Below, in pieces: positions 40,191-53,618 of a stretch of DNA of 64,000 bases. The stretch's first letter is position 1, and each line of letters begins with the position of its first letter. Source of the stretch: Eledone cirrhosa (Eukaryota); the NCBI GenBank assembly GCA_964016885.1, contig OZ024740.1:209622001-209686000 (forward strand), in the 5' to 3' direction. The notes under the pieces were generated by a model. It was not told the DNA's origin and did not search any database. It worked only from the letters and a program-made list of their open reading frames with translations. The translations under genes were made by a program, and so were the position numbers.

Positions 40191-43100
40191 AGTTGGAAGT
40201 TAGTTATTTCAGTAAACCTCTCATAATTCTTGATTATTTTGATAATCAAAACACAAAGGCAGTATATTGTTGTTAGAAATATGGCCATGAAAGGGTTAAT
40301 AGAAAAAGAGATTAGTTTATAGTATTGGATTCTATGTTCATGTCTTGCATAACCACAGTTAATCTATAAAGCTGATGTCAGCAACATCATATAAATATTG
40401 ATCTGTGCAACTGAAATAATTTTATATCATTTAATGGCTTCTTTACAATGTATTTATTGACATGTAGCTTCTGATGTAGATGTATGGGTGCTGTCGTCAC
40501 ATACGTGTCTTGGGTATTTTAAACCTGACAGAGCCCACCCACTCCAGGTCTAAACACAGCTGATTTCTTCCAGAGAGAGAGTGTGTTTGTGTGATAGAAA
40601 AGAAGAATTGACCCTAGTACTGGACAGGTACTACTTTCATTGACCTCAAAAGGATGAAAGACAAAGTTAACCTCAGCTAGATTTGAACTCCCAGTGCAGA
40701 GAGCCAGAATGAATACTGTAAATGTCCTAACTTTGCCAATTTGCCACCTCTTCTTTTACAATAGAAGGGGAATTGTATAAACTATTCTAAATTAGGGAAC
40801 TCCATAAACCAGTAAGTCTTAGAGCACCGCCTTGGGCTATTCAATGTGGCGGTGCCCATCTCTTTCCATTAACACAATGTAGAGGATTTCAGCTCAGCAC
40901 AGCAAACTAACTATATTCAATGAACTGTACAATGCGGTTGTTGCTTCCAGTTTTTAACAGTAGCTCTAATATTTATAAATACAGGCAGTTAATGCTGGTG
41001 CCACAAAAAACGGCCCCAGTACATGCTGTAAAGTGTTGTAAAGATGTTAGGAAGGGTATTCAGCAATAGAAAACCAATCCCAGAGCAGAACGTATGAGTA
41101 AGATGTAGTCACCTGACCTGTCTAGCTTCACAATGTTAGAACCTGTCTAACCCATGCAAGCATAGAAAATGGGCATTAAACTGATAATAATGTGTATATC
41201 GCAGTCTTTAGAATAGGTGCACAATATCACTACATACTGTAAGAGGTGACTAAAGGAGTTGGCATCAAACTGTAAAACACTACCTGAAGCTGTTCCATGT
41301 AGCCCATACTACATAATGATGATGATGACTGAGACAAGATACAAGTTGTTGATTCTTATATGGAGGTTTGCTACTATTTCTTGAGAAAATATGCTGAAAC
41401 AAAATTAAAACTGATGTAATAACCTACCTAGTGTTTAATGATGAGTATTTTTGTTAGTTACTAAAAGAAACAGATCATATCCAAACTATAATTCATTGTT
41501 TGATTTCAAATGTTTCAGCTATTAAATTTCTCCAAGCTACTGTTACAAAGATGATACTTGCATTCTGTAACAAAATTCTATCTGATAATATTATAATTAA
41601 ATGATATAGCTATATCAGATAACCTTTAAGTAGTATGATAAACTTGAAACTGAAATACAAGATCTATTGTTACAACAAACCACAGTCTTTATTATCTATT
41701 ACAACCTTATAGGTTTTAAATGAGTGTTTAGATTGTAATCATTCTGTTATTTAACTTGGCACAATGTAGAGTATATGTGAAATATTAATGTTCTTTGTTC
41801 TCTAGAATGTAATGAAATGATTTTGATTTGAAATCAAAACTGGGATATTGTACTCTGTTCACTCTTTGCTGCTTACTGCTACTTGATTTTTGTAAAGACC
41901 TCCTTCAGTCACGAATGACCATGGGATTTGCACCTAGAAAGTTTCACTCCTAGGCACAAGTCCAAGCTAGGTTGTTTGTGGGAGACCAGCAGTCACCCAT
42001 GCTACCAGCTTCCTCTCTCCACGCCACCAATGATGCCTAAGGGAAAGACAATGGCCGATGCAGCTTGCACCAGTGACGTCGCAACTCATTTCTACAGCTG
42101 AGTAAACCGGAACAACGTGAAATAAAGTATCTTGCTCAAGGACACAACACATCACCCGGGCCAAGAACCGAACTCACAACCTTGAATGTTTAGCTGTGAC
42201 CATCCTGACCTTTTTTAGTTTGTTTTTAGATATATTGTATCTACGTCATTATCAAAAGTGTCTTCCGTTTAAAAATGTTTGAGGGAGAGTGACTGTTATG
42301 TCTAGCAGGTTGAGCAGCCACTTAGGGTTCTCGTTTCCTTGATGTTGTTTAACCCTACGTCAGTCCTTTCTTTTTATTATATATCCAGAAGATACAATGT
42401 GGTTCGAAGTAGATTTGGCTGCTATTTCTAACAGGTCGAACCACTGCTGATACTACCACGTTGCTGTGGGGTGGGAGCGCTAAGCGTACAAGTAACTTCG
42501 TGGGTAGGCAATTGAGTGACATAATTAATATATTATTGGCTGAAGCAATTTTAAGTTAGCTTATTTCGCTAATACTCATGGGATATACATGAATCTCATG
42601 GCTTTTCATTTAAACCCCCACCCCCCACCCACACACACACACACACACACACAAACACAAATAAAATATTTCCCCCTTCCCCTATATTCTGTATTTAATT
42701 ATGCATCTGTTTGAACCATTACTTCAGTTCTTCAGCTTTATAACAACAACAACAGCAGCAACCAAAATACCTTCACCCAATAATGATGATGCAAAATAGT
42801 GAATTACATAAACATTCCCAAGGAGCGGGGTGTGAAGTTTCCTCTGATTACTTGCCCTTCTTAAGTTGTTTCACCTTGGTGAACAGTCTCATATAATTGG
42901 GCCAGTGATGCTCTGGAGGGGATTTCAAAGCTTTAACAACTTTTATTTGCGATCCCTTAGGGAGAAGGAAAATTAGGCCTATAATTATTTAAGGTTCCTC
43001 TTAGGAAATAAGGAGGTAAATTGCAGCTTTACTAGTGTCCCAAATGACTAATGAGTATTTAATGTTTCGTTAGTATATGGATGTTGTTATTGTTAAAAGG

Positions 43101-43516
43101 TGTAATTGTGTAATTTTCAAAGAGAACTTCTTGGAAGAAAGGAGAGAATTATGTAAATGAATTTGAAGTATTTTAATCGGGTCTCTTTTGGGGAATATAT
43201 ATATATTTTTTTCTTATTTTATTTCTTTGCAATAAATTCTTAATAAGAAAATAGGTCAAACCTAGGGGTTCTTAATAAACAAGTAAATAAAGGGCAAATA
43301 AGAACTGTTTTAGATAACACTTCTATGTCAAAAGAAGTGGGGGGGGGGCATTAATTAAATATAGCATGTACCTGTAAAGGTAAAGTGATCATACTTTCTT
43401 GGTTTTCAAATAGTCTTACTCCCTATAAATTGATGTTTGTTAAAAGTTATCGGGTAAAATTAAATTTCTATCACACAAAGAAAAAAAATTAATTTTGCAG
43501 TAAAACGCCAGCTTCA

Positions 43517-43684
43517 GTAATCAGAAGAGAGGTAGGCGTAAAAGCCAAATTAGCTATCTTCAATTCGGTTTTCGTGCCAACCCTTATCTATGGTCATGAA
43601 TCTTGGATAATGACGAAAAGAATACAAGCGGCCGAAACGGGGTTCCTCCGAAGGATCTTTGGAGTAACGCTACTAGATAAAGTG
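43517..43684 (+). mobile_element. RTE (Expander-like) LINE fragment
   Basis: Manual translation KAKLAIFNSVFVPTLIYGHESWIMTKRIQAAETGFLRRIFGVTLLDKV. Confidence 0.75.
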
Positions 43685-45140
43685 GTTTAATTCAAAACCA
43701 AAATAAATCATTTTCTTACTTTACAATATAGTATTTGTTCCGCTTTTTTTTGTCTTTTTTTTTAACAATCTTAGTTCAAATCCTGTCGATGTCAACATAG
43801 CCTTTCATCTTTTCGAGGGAAAGTTGATTAAATTGACCCCAGTGCGTTACTGGCACTTTATTTTATCGACCCCTGAGGATTAAAGGCAAATCTAACCGCA
43901 GCAGGATTTGAACTCAAAACGTAAAGAACTGGGAAAATGCTGCTAAGCAATTGTCCGATGCTCTAACGCCTCTCTCAATCTACCTCCCAATCTACTCTAT
44001 AATAATGAGATTTCAGTCCAAGATTTGAATTTAAATTTGAAAACTGTTAACTTAAGCACAAGATCAATAATTGTGGGGAAGGATATTGGCCGCGCCAGTT
44101 GTGGTTTAAGCATGCAAGAACATGGCTTCTGTTGGGTAAGCATTAAAGGACTGAATCAATGGAATCTGATATTTTTAAACAGATTAAAGTCTGTTATAAT
44201 GGTTTCTACAATAGGCACAAGGCCAACAATTTGGGGAGGGGAGACTCGATTAAATCAGCTCAGTGCATTACTGGTACTTTATTTTATCGACCCCCGTAAG
44301 GATGAAAGGTAAAGCTAAACTCGGTGGCATTTGAACTCGGAACGTAAAGGGACGTAAGTATGCCGCGAAACAGTGTGTTCAACGCTCTACCAATTCTGCC
44401 AATCCATTATCTTTACTTCCGTTTGTCACGATGCTATCATTAAGTTACATTCGTTCCTTGTCTCTTCCTTATGACATCTATTAACAGAGAAATACCGGAG
44501 CCTATAAAAGGGGGACAGCTTCTACAATACAAAAGGTCAGGAAGTGTGATGCGCTATATAAGCTTTAATTCTTGTAGCTTCAAAAGAATGTTGTGTTTAT
44601 ATTTTATGGTTGACCTCCTCCTGAGAAGATAAGTTGGTATATACAGATCACACACACGACGTCAGTGATGGTGGTGGTAATTTCTTGATATCTCATATGT
44701 AATATATGATATTCGTTCAAACGAGTATTTCATTCTTTTTTTTTTTTATTTTGTAAATCTAGGATTCTTTTATCTTTATATATTTCTTATCACGAAAAAG
44801 TTAAATATTGCATCTTCAAATCAATCGTATTCACAGTGTTGAGCAAATTTTGCATTTTTGAATGTATGTTAGCTTAAAGCTTCTTCAACGTATTTTTTTT
44901 TAAAAACAAATTTTTGGATTTAAAAAATAACCCTGCGTTGAAGCAGCTTACTCTAAGCTATCATATATTAGTTCTTTACTTTGAACATTAAGTATTCAAT
45001 CGAATTGTTATTTAATTCATATTCTCTTCCTCCATCTAGCAATGTTTTTGTTGACTAATTTTATTTTTCTGGTTCCAAACACCAAGAAATGGCGTTTTGT
45101 GATATTTATACTTTTTTAATCCTTTCGTGGTCGTGTTTTT

Positions 45141-45340
45141 ATCGGTAGAGGGTTGGATGCCATACTTTCCAACATAGAGTTACGGCCCTTTATGATCTGA
45201 GTTCAAATCCCGCCGAGGTTAACTTTGCCTTTCATCCTTACGGGGTCGATAAAATAAAGTACCAGTCACGCACTGGGGTCGATTTAATCGACTTTCCCCT
45301 CCCCCAAAATTGCTAGCCTTGTGCCTATATAAGAAACCAT
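45141..45340 (+). mobile_element. tRNA-derived SINE (dominant family, more than 25 full or partial copies in the window)
   Basis: B-box-like gagttcaaatcc, core gcctttcatccttacggggtcgataaaataaagtacc (resembles the Meta/MESC-type SINE core, from memory), tail gtagaaacaattatt. Copies include 1385-1568, 1743-1955, 9308-9478, 14750-14932, 22890-23020, 44198-44407, 45455-45635, 50628-50848, 51297-51502, 54822-55008 and 60845-61031. Confidence 0.85.
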
Positions 45341-48035
45341 TTTTATGGAATACAATATTTGCTCAACGCTTCGTGAATTGTGTTCATTTCATGTTGCTCC
45401 AATATATTCAGCTGAAAACGAGTAGTCAAAGGTTTCACTTTGTGATGGATTGGCGTCGATAAAATTGACCCCCCCCCCCCCCTCAGTGCATTACTGGTGC
45501 TATATTTTATCGACCCTGTAAGGATGAAAGGCAAAGCTAACCTCGGCGGGATTTGAATTCGGAACGTAAAAGGCCATGACTCTATGCTGCAAAGCATTGT
45601 GTCTGACGCTCCACCTATACTGCCAATCCACCGCAGTGTCGGCAGAAAACAAAACAAAAAGTATAATTAATCCTACATAGCAATTAACTTTTCTATGATA
45701 ATACCTCTTTAGGTCGGTGTGTTTTCTGAAGTTTCCTATCAATTCTTTGAAGTCTTCATGACTTTAACAAGTCGGTGCATGAATCAACAACAGCTGACGC
45801 CTCTACAACTACAAATACTACTCTGCAATAAGTCATGAAATAAATATTTTAGATTTAGCAATTACATTTCTAGCTTGCAAAGATTACCATTTTCTTTTTC
45901 AAGTATGTAAAAAAAAAAATCAAATAATAATATGATCACAACTTTCAGGTGAAATCTTTTATGTAGATGTTAATAAAACATTAGAAAAAGATAGGATTTC
46001 AAAGGAAAATAATCTTGTTAGCTAAAGTTTTTGTTCTTGTTACGGCATCTTTTGTAAATGAAGTGTAATTATAGTTGGAAAAGGCTGCCTTGAATACCTT
46101 TGTTTGATGACAGCTGAATAAAGCGGTGCTGTGAAATATGAAACTAATGACTAGAAAGCAACAAAAACACTCTACTTACTATTTCCTCAAGAAGAGAAGA
46201 AGAAACATTTGTGTAAAACGTTTATGCTATGATATGGTATATAAGATGGATTAAATACTTTAAGAATTTATACAGAAAATGTAATAATGAATCATAATTA
46301 ATTATTTATTTCATTCAAGAAGTGGTGTGTCCTGTTATTTGTTGAACATCATTTTCAATCGTACCGCCAATGGTTGTTGTTTTTGTTGTTTACTTGATAA
46401 GATCAGATGAAGCAATGCTTTTGTGTGGGTTTTTTTATTTTTTTTATTTTTTAGTGGTGGTTGACAGGATTTAGCAACAAGTTGAGAGAGTGATGAAGTG
46501 GAAATAGGAAAGAGATATAGAGGAAGAATCGACGCCATTGCTGAACTGGTACGAAAGGATGAAAGGCAAAGTTGACCTCGGCGGGATTTTAACTCAGAGC
46601 ACAGAGATCCGAATACTGCAAAGCATTCTACCCGACGCTCTAACGACTCTGCCAACTCGCCGTCCCTTATCTATTAACATATTACAAAAAGGACATTATT
46701 TTTTAAAAGTAGTGTTCCAATTTAATAGAACAAACACGGCTAATAATATATAAAATGTTAAAGCCTGGGGCTCAATAATATTACCATTTTAAATACATAA
46801 AACTGTACATAAAACTACTTTAGGTCCAGAATGACAAATAGGTTTTCACATGATTATAAACCCCACTTAAACTCGTAAACTTCTATAATTAAATTTTCCT
46901 TTTTCATGGTTTATGCAGCCACGTCCTTTGCTAGTAGTAAACGAAAATATATTTTGGAAGGATCCTATTAAAGTGTAACAAAATATTAAGTTTCAGAAAG
47001 AAACCTGAATGCGGGTTGGATTTTAGTTTCAAAGAGAAACAACTGCTACGGCCTTATTATACTGCCATAAGCTATTTTTATTTTCACCAAATTGTATGTA
47101 TGTTTGAAACCGTAACTTCCGATGGAGTGGTAGTGGGGCTGCAGTAACTTACAGCGAGTCTTGGACATTCTAAATTTGTTGGAGCTCATCTCTACCAGAT
47201 CTAAACACAGCTGATTTCTTTCACAGAACTGGTACGTTTTTATCGACCTCCAAAGGACGAAAGGCAAAGTTAACCTTGGCGCGTTTTAAACTCAGAGCTC
47301 AGAGATCCGGAACGAATACTGCAAAGCATTCTATCTGACGTTCTAACGATTCTGCTAATTCGGCGCTTACTAGATTTTATAGATCTGCGAAAATCCATAA
47401 AGTTAGTAATGTTAATGTTAGCAGTGCAGTAGTTACAGAGAATAATAATTTACAACAGGTGACTGCAAAATTTGTATTACAACAGAAGATTTACCATTTT
47501 CTGGAAATTCATAACCGTCTTTTATTTGTAAATATTTTTACAATAAACTAACGGTTTCCTTTTAGCGGCATTTAAAAGTAATTTACGAGGAAAAGCCTCT
47601 CAGAAGTATATTTTACTAGTAAGGTTATATAAGTATATATTTTATTATAGGTTTGAGAAGTCGTTAGAGCGTGGAACAAATGCTTAGCAGTATTTGATCC
47701 GGCACTCTATGGTCTGAGTTTAAAACCCACCGAGTTTGACTTTGCTTTTCATCTTTCCGTGGTCGATAAAATAAAGTACCAGTCATGTACTGAAGTTGAT
47801 TTAATCTAATTATTACTCCCCAATCCCCAACCCCCCACAAATTGCTGGCCTTGTACCAAAATTAGAAACCATTAATGATTTCCAATTTAAGCACAAGGTC
47901 AATAATTTGTGGGGAAGGAAAAGCCCAATCCCAGTACGTGACAGGGGCTTTATTTAATCGACCTCGAAAGGATTAAAGGTAAAGTTGACCTCAGTGGGAT
48001 TTGAACTCAGAACGTAAAGGGCCGTAATCTAAATA

Positions 48036-48230
48036 CAGTCTGTTCGCTTTTTATGCGAACTTGAAATACACGAATTCGCTTTAACACGCCCTGAAAAAAT
48101 ATTATTAAATATTCACTTGGCGCGAATAACGCGTGTGGTTTTTAATTTTTTTATTTATCAGAAATAGTAGACTTGAATTACGCGAATTTGCTTTCGCGAA
48201 CACATCTTCATGTAAAAAGCGAACACACTT
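48036..48230. mobile_element. Tc1/pogo-type MITE inserted in a SINE
   Basis: TA-cagtctgttcgctttt...aaaagcgaacacactt-TA, interrupting a minus-strand SINE. Confidence 0.7.
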
Positions 48231-48886
48231 TACCGTAAAGCATTTTGTCCGATGCTCTAATGGTTCTGCCAATTCACTGCTCTTGGAAAATATGAAAAAT
48301 ACGTTAATACAATATTGTCAAGTCTTGAAAGAAATTCAAATGAAGTAAGCATGCAGATTTTATCTGGTAAATATTTTCAAAATTAGACATCAACATTTCT
48401 TTCAGAATTCATATCAATTTATTTACTTGCTAAGAGCTAATCTTCGAAATCATATTACTTTTCCTTGAAACATCATTTTCTTTAGTGGGTCATATCTATT
48501 TGACACACTCTGCAAACTCTTCTATATATTCAATGGAATAAATCTAGTTTGGAATGCAATGTTTTAAAACAAATTTCAGGGGAGAAAAATGTGTCAAATT
48601 AATATTTACATGCCACAAGTTATTTATCTATGGGGTGGTGAAATTGAGGGAAGTCGTCAAGGTATGCCCTTTATCAATGAACAGTAACTAGCTACAAAAC
48701 ATCTAAGCTCTGTTTGGCTCTTACTTTATTTATTCTTGCAAATTGTATCCCCAGAACTAATTTCTTTCATTCTGCTTGTGTACCTGCTGCCTCTTTAAAT
48801 AAAGTCGTTAATAATCACAGAATATTTTGGCTACGGGTTGCTGGGATTTTTTAAAACAAATACTATGGGGGAAAACAATTTCACGT

Positions 48887-49261
48887 GTATGTGTGGGTCT
48901 GTCTGTGTGTATGTGGGTGTATATATGTTTGTGTGTAAATGGGGATATGTATGTGTGTGTGTGTCTGTCTCTGTATTTATGTGGGTGTATATATATGTGT
49001 ATGTAAATGGAGATGTGTACGTGTGTGTCTCTGTATGTATGTGGGTGTATATATATGTATGTGTATATCTGTCTCTGTATGTATGTAGGTATGTAGATAT
49101 GTATATATGTCTATGAGTAAATGGGGATGTGTATGTATGTGTGTGTCTCTGTATGCATGTAGCTATGTATATATGTGTATGTAAATGGAGATGTGTATGT
49201 GTGTATATCTGTCTCTGTATGTATATAGGTATGTATATATGTGTATGTAAATGAGTGTGTC

Positions 49262-49303
<42 letters not shown>

Positions 49304-49441
49304 TATATATATATATATATATATATAAGTATATATATATATATATATATATAAGTATATATATATATATATATATATATATAAGTATATATATATATAT
49401 ATATATATATATAAGTATATATATATATATATATATATATC
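48887..49441. repeat. Compound (GT/AT) minisatellite followed by interrupted (TA)n
   Basis: Recurrent gtaaatggagatgtgta units, then (TA)n punctuated by ag. Confidence 0.85.
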
Positions 49442-49798
49442 ATGTATATTTCTATGCTTACATGATATATTTCTTTTGAGGTTTGTTTGTTGTTTTCTTT
49501 CTACATTTCTTTCTCTCACTGCTTGTGGTAGTAAGGATTTCTGCAACAATGTCTAATCTTCTACTTTGACGTCATATGTATCTTAGTAAAAGGAAGAAAA
49601 TAAATTCTCGACTGACAGCTGTTCTCGAGCTTTGTTAGAATTGGTAAATTAATAGTCCATAATTCGCTCTAGAGTCGTTTATGACATGCACTGCTTCCTG
49701 CAAAGTATGAAGAAATTTAGTTAGTTTCGAATTTCACTTGGTTGCTTAGTTTCTATACAACAAATGTTTTATACTCTTTGCTTTTAACTAAGTTGGTT

Positions 49799-50500
49799 GA
49801 TTGTAATACTATTCTGATTATAGTACTATTCTGATTATAGTACTATTCTGATTGTAATACTATTATGATTATAGTACTATTATGATTATAGTACTATTCT
49901 GATTATAGTACTATTCTGATTATAGTACTATTCTGATTATAGTACTATTCTGATTGTAATACTATTCTGATTATAGTACTATTATGATTGTAGTACTATT
50001 CTGATTATAGTACTATTCTGATTATAGTACTATTCTGATTGTAATACTATTCTGATTATAGTACTATTCTGATTATAGTACTATTCTGATTGTAATACTA
50101 TTCTGATTATAGTACTATTATGATTGTAGTACTATTCTGATTATAGTACTATTCTGATTGTAGTACTATTCTGATTATAGTACTATTCTGATTGTAGTAC
50201 TATTATGATTATAGTACTATTCTGATTATAGTACTATTCTGATTGTAATACTATTATGATTGTAGTATTATTCTGATCGTAGTACTATTATTATTATAGT
50301 ACTATTATTATTATAGTACTATTATGATTGTAGTACTATTATGATTGTAGTACTATTATTATTATAGTACTATTATGATTGTAGTACTATTCTGATCGTA
50401 GTACTATTATTATTATAGTACTATTATGATTGTAGTACTATTATGATTGTAGTACTATTATTATTATAGTACTATTCTGATTATAGTATTATTATAGTAC
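49799..50500. repeat. 17-bp minisatellite, about 41 copies
   Basis: Unit ctgattatagtactatt with variants; contains the palindrome ATAGTACTAT. Confidence 0.95.
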
Positions 50501-52109
50501 CTGATAGTGAAGGTGCGTGGCTTAGTGGCGAGTGTGTTCAGCTCATAATCTCAAGGTCATGAGTTCGGTCCCTGTCGAAGCGTTGTGTCTTTGAGAAAGA
50601 CATTTTATTTCACGTTAACCCTATTAAGGGGCAGTGAATTGGCAGTATTGGTAGAGAGTCGGGCGCCATGCTTTGCAGCATAGAGTTACGGCCTTTTATG
50701 ATCTGAGTTCAAATCCCGCCGAGGTTAACTTTTCCTTTCACCCTTACGGGGTCGATAAAATAAAGTACCAGTTACGCACTGGAGTCGATTTAACCGAATT
50801 TCCCCTCCCCCCAACTTACTGGCCTTGTGCCTATAATAGAAATCATTATTATAATTTTGTACGGTGTCTTCTTCTTCATATCATTTTAGCGGACTATTAC
50901 ATATATATTTGTACCTTCAGCTGGGCTTTTTAGTTTTAGGAAGGTTAGAATTTTGGAATTTAATACCTGTATGTATAACTTTACAATTCCAATTACTTGC
51001 ACTAAGCTAACGTTGATATGCAAAATTGTGTGTGTGTGTGTGTGGGGGGGTCTGTTTTTTGCGTATGAGGGGCCCCCTCAAAACTGAAGTGCCCTGGGCC
51101 TAAGGTCTAAATCCAACCCTGGTTGAGCAGCCTCTCTTCACTTGGAAATGCAACAGTTTGTTATGTTCATTCTTCAGTACGTTTGGTGTCTTCCTTTCTC
51201 TCTTCTTGTTTCATCTCTCTGCTACTTCATTTTATTTCTCTCGTCAACTTTGAAGATGAACTATATCAAGCACAGTTCGATATTATTTTTAACTTGGGCA
51301 GAATCGGTAGAGCGTTGGACAACATGCTTAGCAGCATAGAATTTTGGCCCTTTACGTTCTGAGTTTAAATCCCGCCGAAGTTAGCGTTGCCTTTCATCCT
51401 TACGGGGTCGATAAAATAAAGTACCAGTAATGAACTGGGGTCGATTTAATCGACTTTCCCTTCCCTCCAAAAATTGCTGGCCTTGTGACTAAATCAGAAA
51501 CCATTATTTTTAACTTGTATATTCACTACTTTCCCCATTCTTCACTCTCTCTCACACACATACACACACGCGCACACTCACGCACACAAACATACACACA
51601 TGCATACGCGCGCGCACATACATACATTTATACGGAGCTATTACTGTCATAATCTTACCCCAACATCCACAACCATCACCACAACCCTTCCACCAACAAC
51701 AACAACCAAAACCATCACCACGACCAGCATCCACAGCCACCACCACCACCACCAGAACCAATCACCACTACTACCAACCACCTCCATCATTTCCCAGGAC
51801 ATACCTGTGCAAAGTCTCCAACCCTGCATCAGCTATTTAAAAATCTCGCACTGGTTGATGTGTGGGACAGTATTTCGTCCATCAGCTGAGACAGGGGCCT
51901 CAGTGGGTCAAATATAGTGAGATACGGCCGAAGCAGGGCATACAGTAGTATCTATCTGGGTTTCGGATCTGTGGATCAAATATGGTGAGATACATACTTA
52001 CCAGAGCAACTCAAATGTGACATTGATTTCTGGCTGGTTGTCACTTTTGTAGCGCAAAATGGCGGATAGTAAGGGCGAATGTGACGAAGAACGATATATG
52101 GTCGGATGA

Positions 52110-52683
52110 GGATCAGCATGAATTTCCAAGTTCGTATGGCTCCTAAGACCAGTTTGTATTGGAGGATCAGCATGAATTTCCAAGTCCGTATGGCTCCTAA
52201 GACCAGTTTGTATTGGGGGATCAGCATGAATTTCCAAGTTCGTATGGCTCCTAAGACCAGTTTGTATTGGGGGATCAGCATGAATTTCCAAGTCCGTATG
52301 GCTCCTAAGACCAGTTTGTATTGGGGGATCAGCATGAATTTCCAAGTCCGTATGGCTCCTAAGACCAGTTTGTATTGGGGGATCAGCATGAATTTCCAAG
52401 TTCGTATGGCTCCTAAGACCAGTTTGTATTGGGGGATCAGCATGAATTTCCAAGTCCGTATGGCTCCTAAGACCAGTTTGTATTGGGGGATCAGCATGAA
52501 TTTCCAAGTCCGTATGGCTCCTAAGACCAGTTTGTATTGGGGGATCAGCATGAATTTCCAAGTTCGTATGGCTCCTAAGACCAGTTTGTATTGGGGGATC
52601 AGCATGAATTTCCAAGTTCGTATGGCTCCTAAGACCAGCATGGATTTGCAAATCCATATGGTCCCCAAGACTCGTTTGTATTG
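52110..52683. repeat. 54-bp tandem repeat, about 10 near-identical copies plus one diverged copy
   Basis: Unit gatcagcatgaatttccaagtYcgtatggctcctaagaccagtttgtattgggg at 52111, 52165 ... 52597. Confidence 0.95.
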
Positions 52684-52808
52684 ACTCTGGCGAGAATACA
52701 AATCAAATTCAATAGACCAGGATTTGAACCAAGAACGTAAGGTATTTTTCCTACCCGTCTAAATTCCGCTACCCAATGTTTTCTACTGATATTATATCTA
52801 TTCATTAT

Positions 52809-53345
52809 CGCCGAGGTTGACTTTGCCTTTCATCCTTACGGGGTCGATAAAATAAAGTACCAGTAATGCACTGGGTAATTGCTGGCCTTGTGCCTAAAGT
52901 AGAAACAATTATATCTATTCATTATTGGCAGTATCGGTAGAGGGTCGGACGCCATGCTTTGCAGCACAGTTACGTCCCTTTACGGACTGAGTTCAAATCC
53001 CGCCGAGGTTAACTTTGCCTTTCATCCTTACAGGGGTCGATAAAATAAAGTACCAGTAATACACTGGGATAATTGCTGGCCTTGTGCCAAAAGTAGAAGC
53101 AATTATTATATTTATTATTCTGTTAACTTTGCCTTTCGTCCTTATGGGGTCGATAAAATAAAGTACCAGTAATACACTGGGATAATTGCTGGCCTTGTGC
53201 CAAAAGTAGAAGCAATTATTATATTTATTATTCTGTTAACTTTGCCTTTCGTCCTTATGGGGTCGATAAAATAAAGTACCAGTAGTACACTGGGAAATTG
53301 CTGGCCTTGTGCCAAAAGTAGAAACAATTATATTTATTATTCTGC
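52809..53345 (+). mobile_element. SINE cluster including a 113-bp tandem duplication of a SINE 3' half
   Basis: Units start tgttaactttg at 53121 and 53234; 18-bp TSD at 52791-52808 / 52908-52925. Confidence 0.8.
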
Positions 53346-53618
53346 AATATATAAAACGTGATTATAATACTACAGATCAAAACATAATTTTGGTCTCAAT
53401 TACCGTCACAAAGTTAGGGGAAACGTGGGGAGGGATGAGTTGTAGTGGATTTAATTGACCCACCTGCCCAATATTTAGTTTATCGGTGCTAGTCTAGTTA
53501 CGGGGGTTTAAAGTAGATTCTTCCTCTATTTTTCTGTTTAGCCCCCCCTCCCCCTCTCTCTCTTTATATATAATTAGGGAATAAAGAATCAGTGTTGCAT
53601 CATATACATATTTAATCA

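Noticed and set aside
44502-44514. TATA box cctataaaagggg
   Set aside because: No downstream exon or ORF support; expected by chance in 64 kb.
49111-49549. ORFs rich in YI, CV, HT or LS (also at 16.5, 19.6, 25.2, 27.8, 57.4, 60.4 and 63.3 kb)
   Set aside because: Translations of microsatellites.
52110-52683. Regular repeat array as a CRISPR
   Set aside because: Units are contiguous with no unique spacers, the context is eukaryotic and there are no cas genes.
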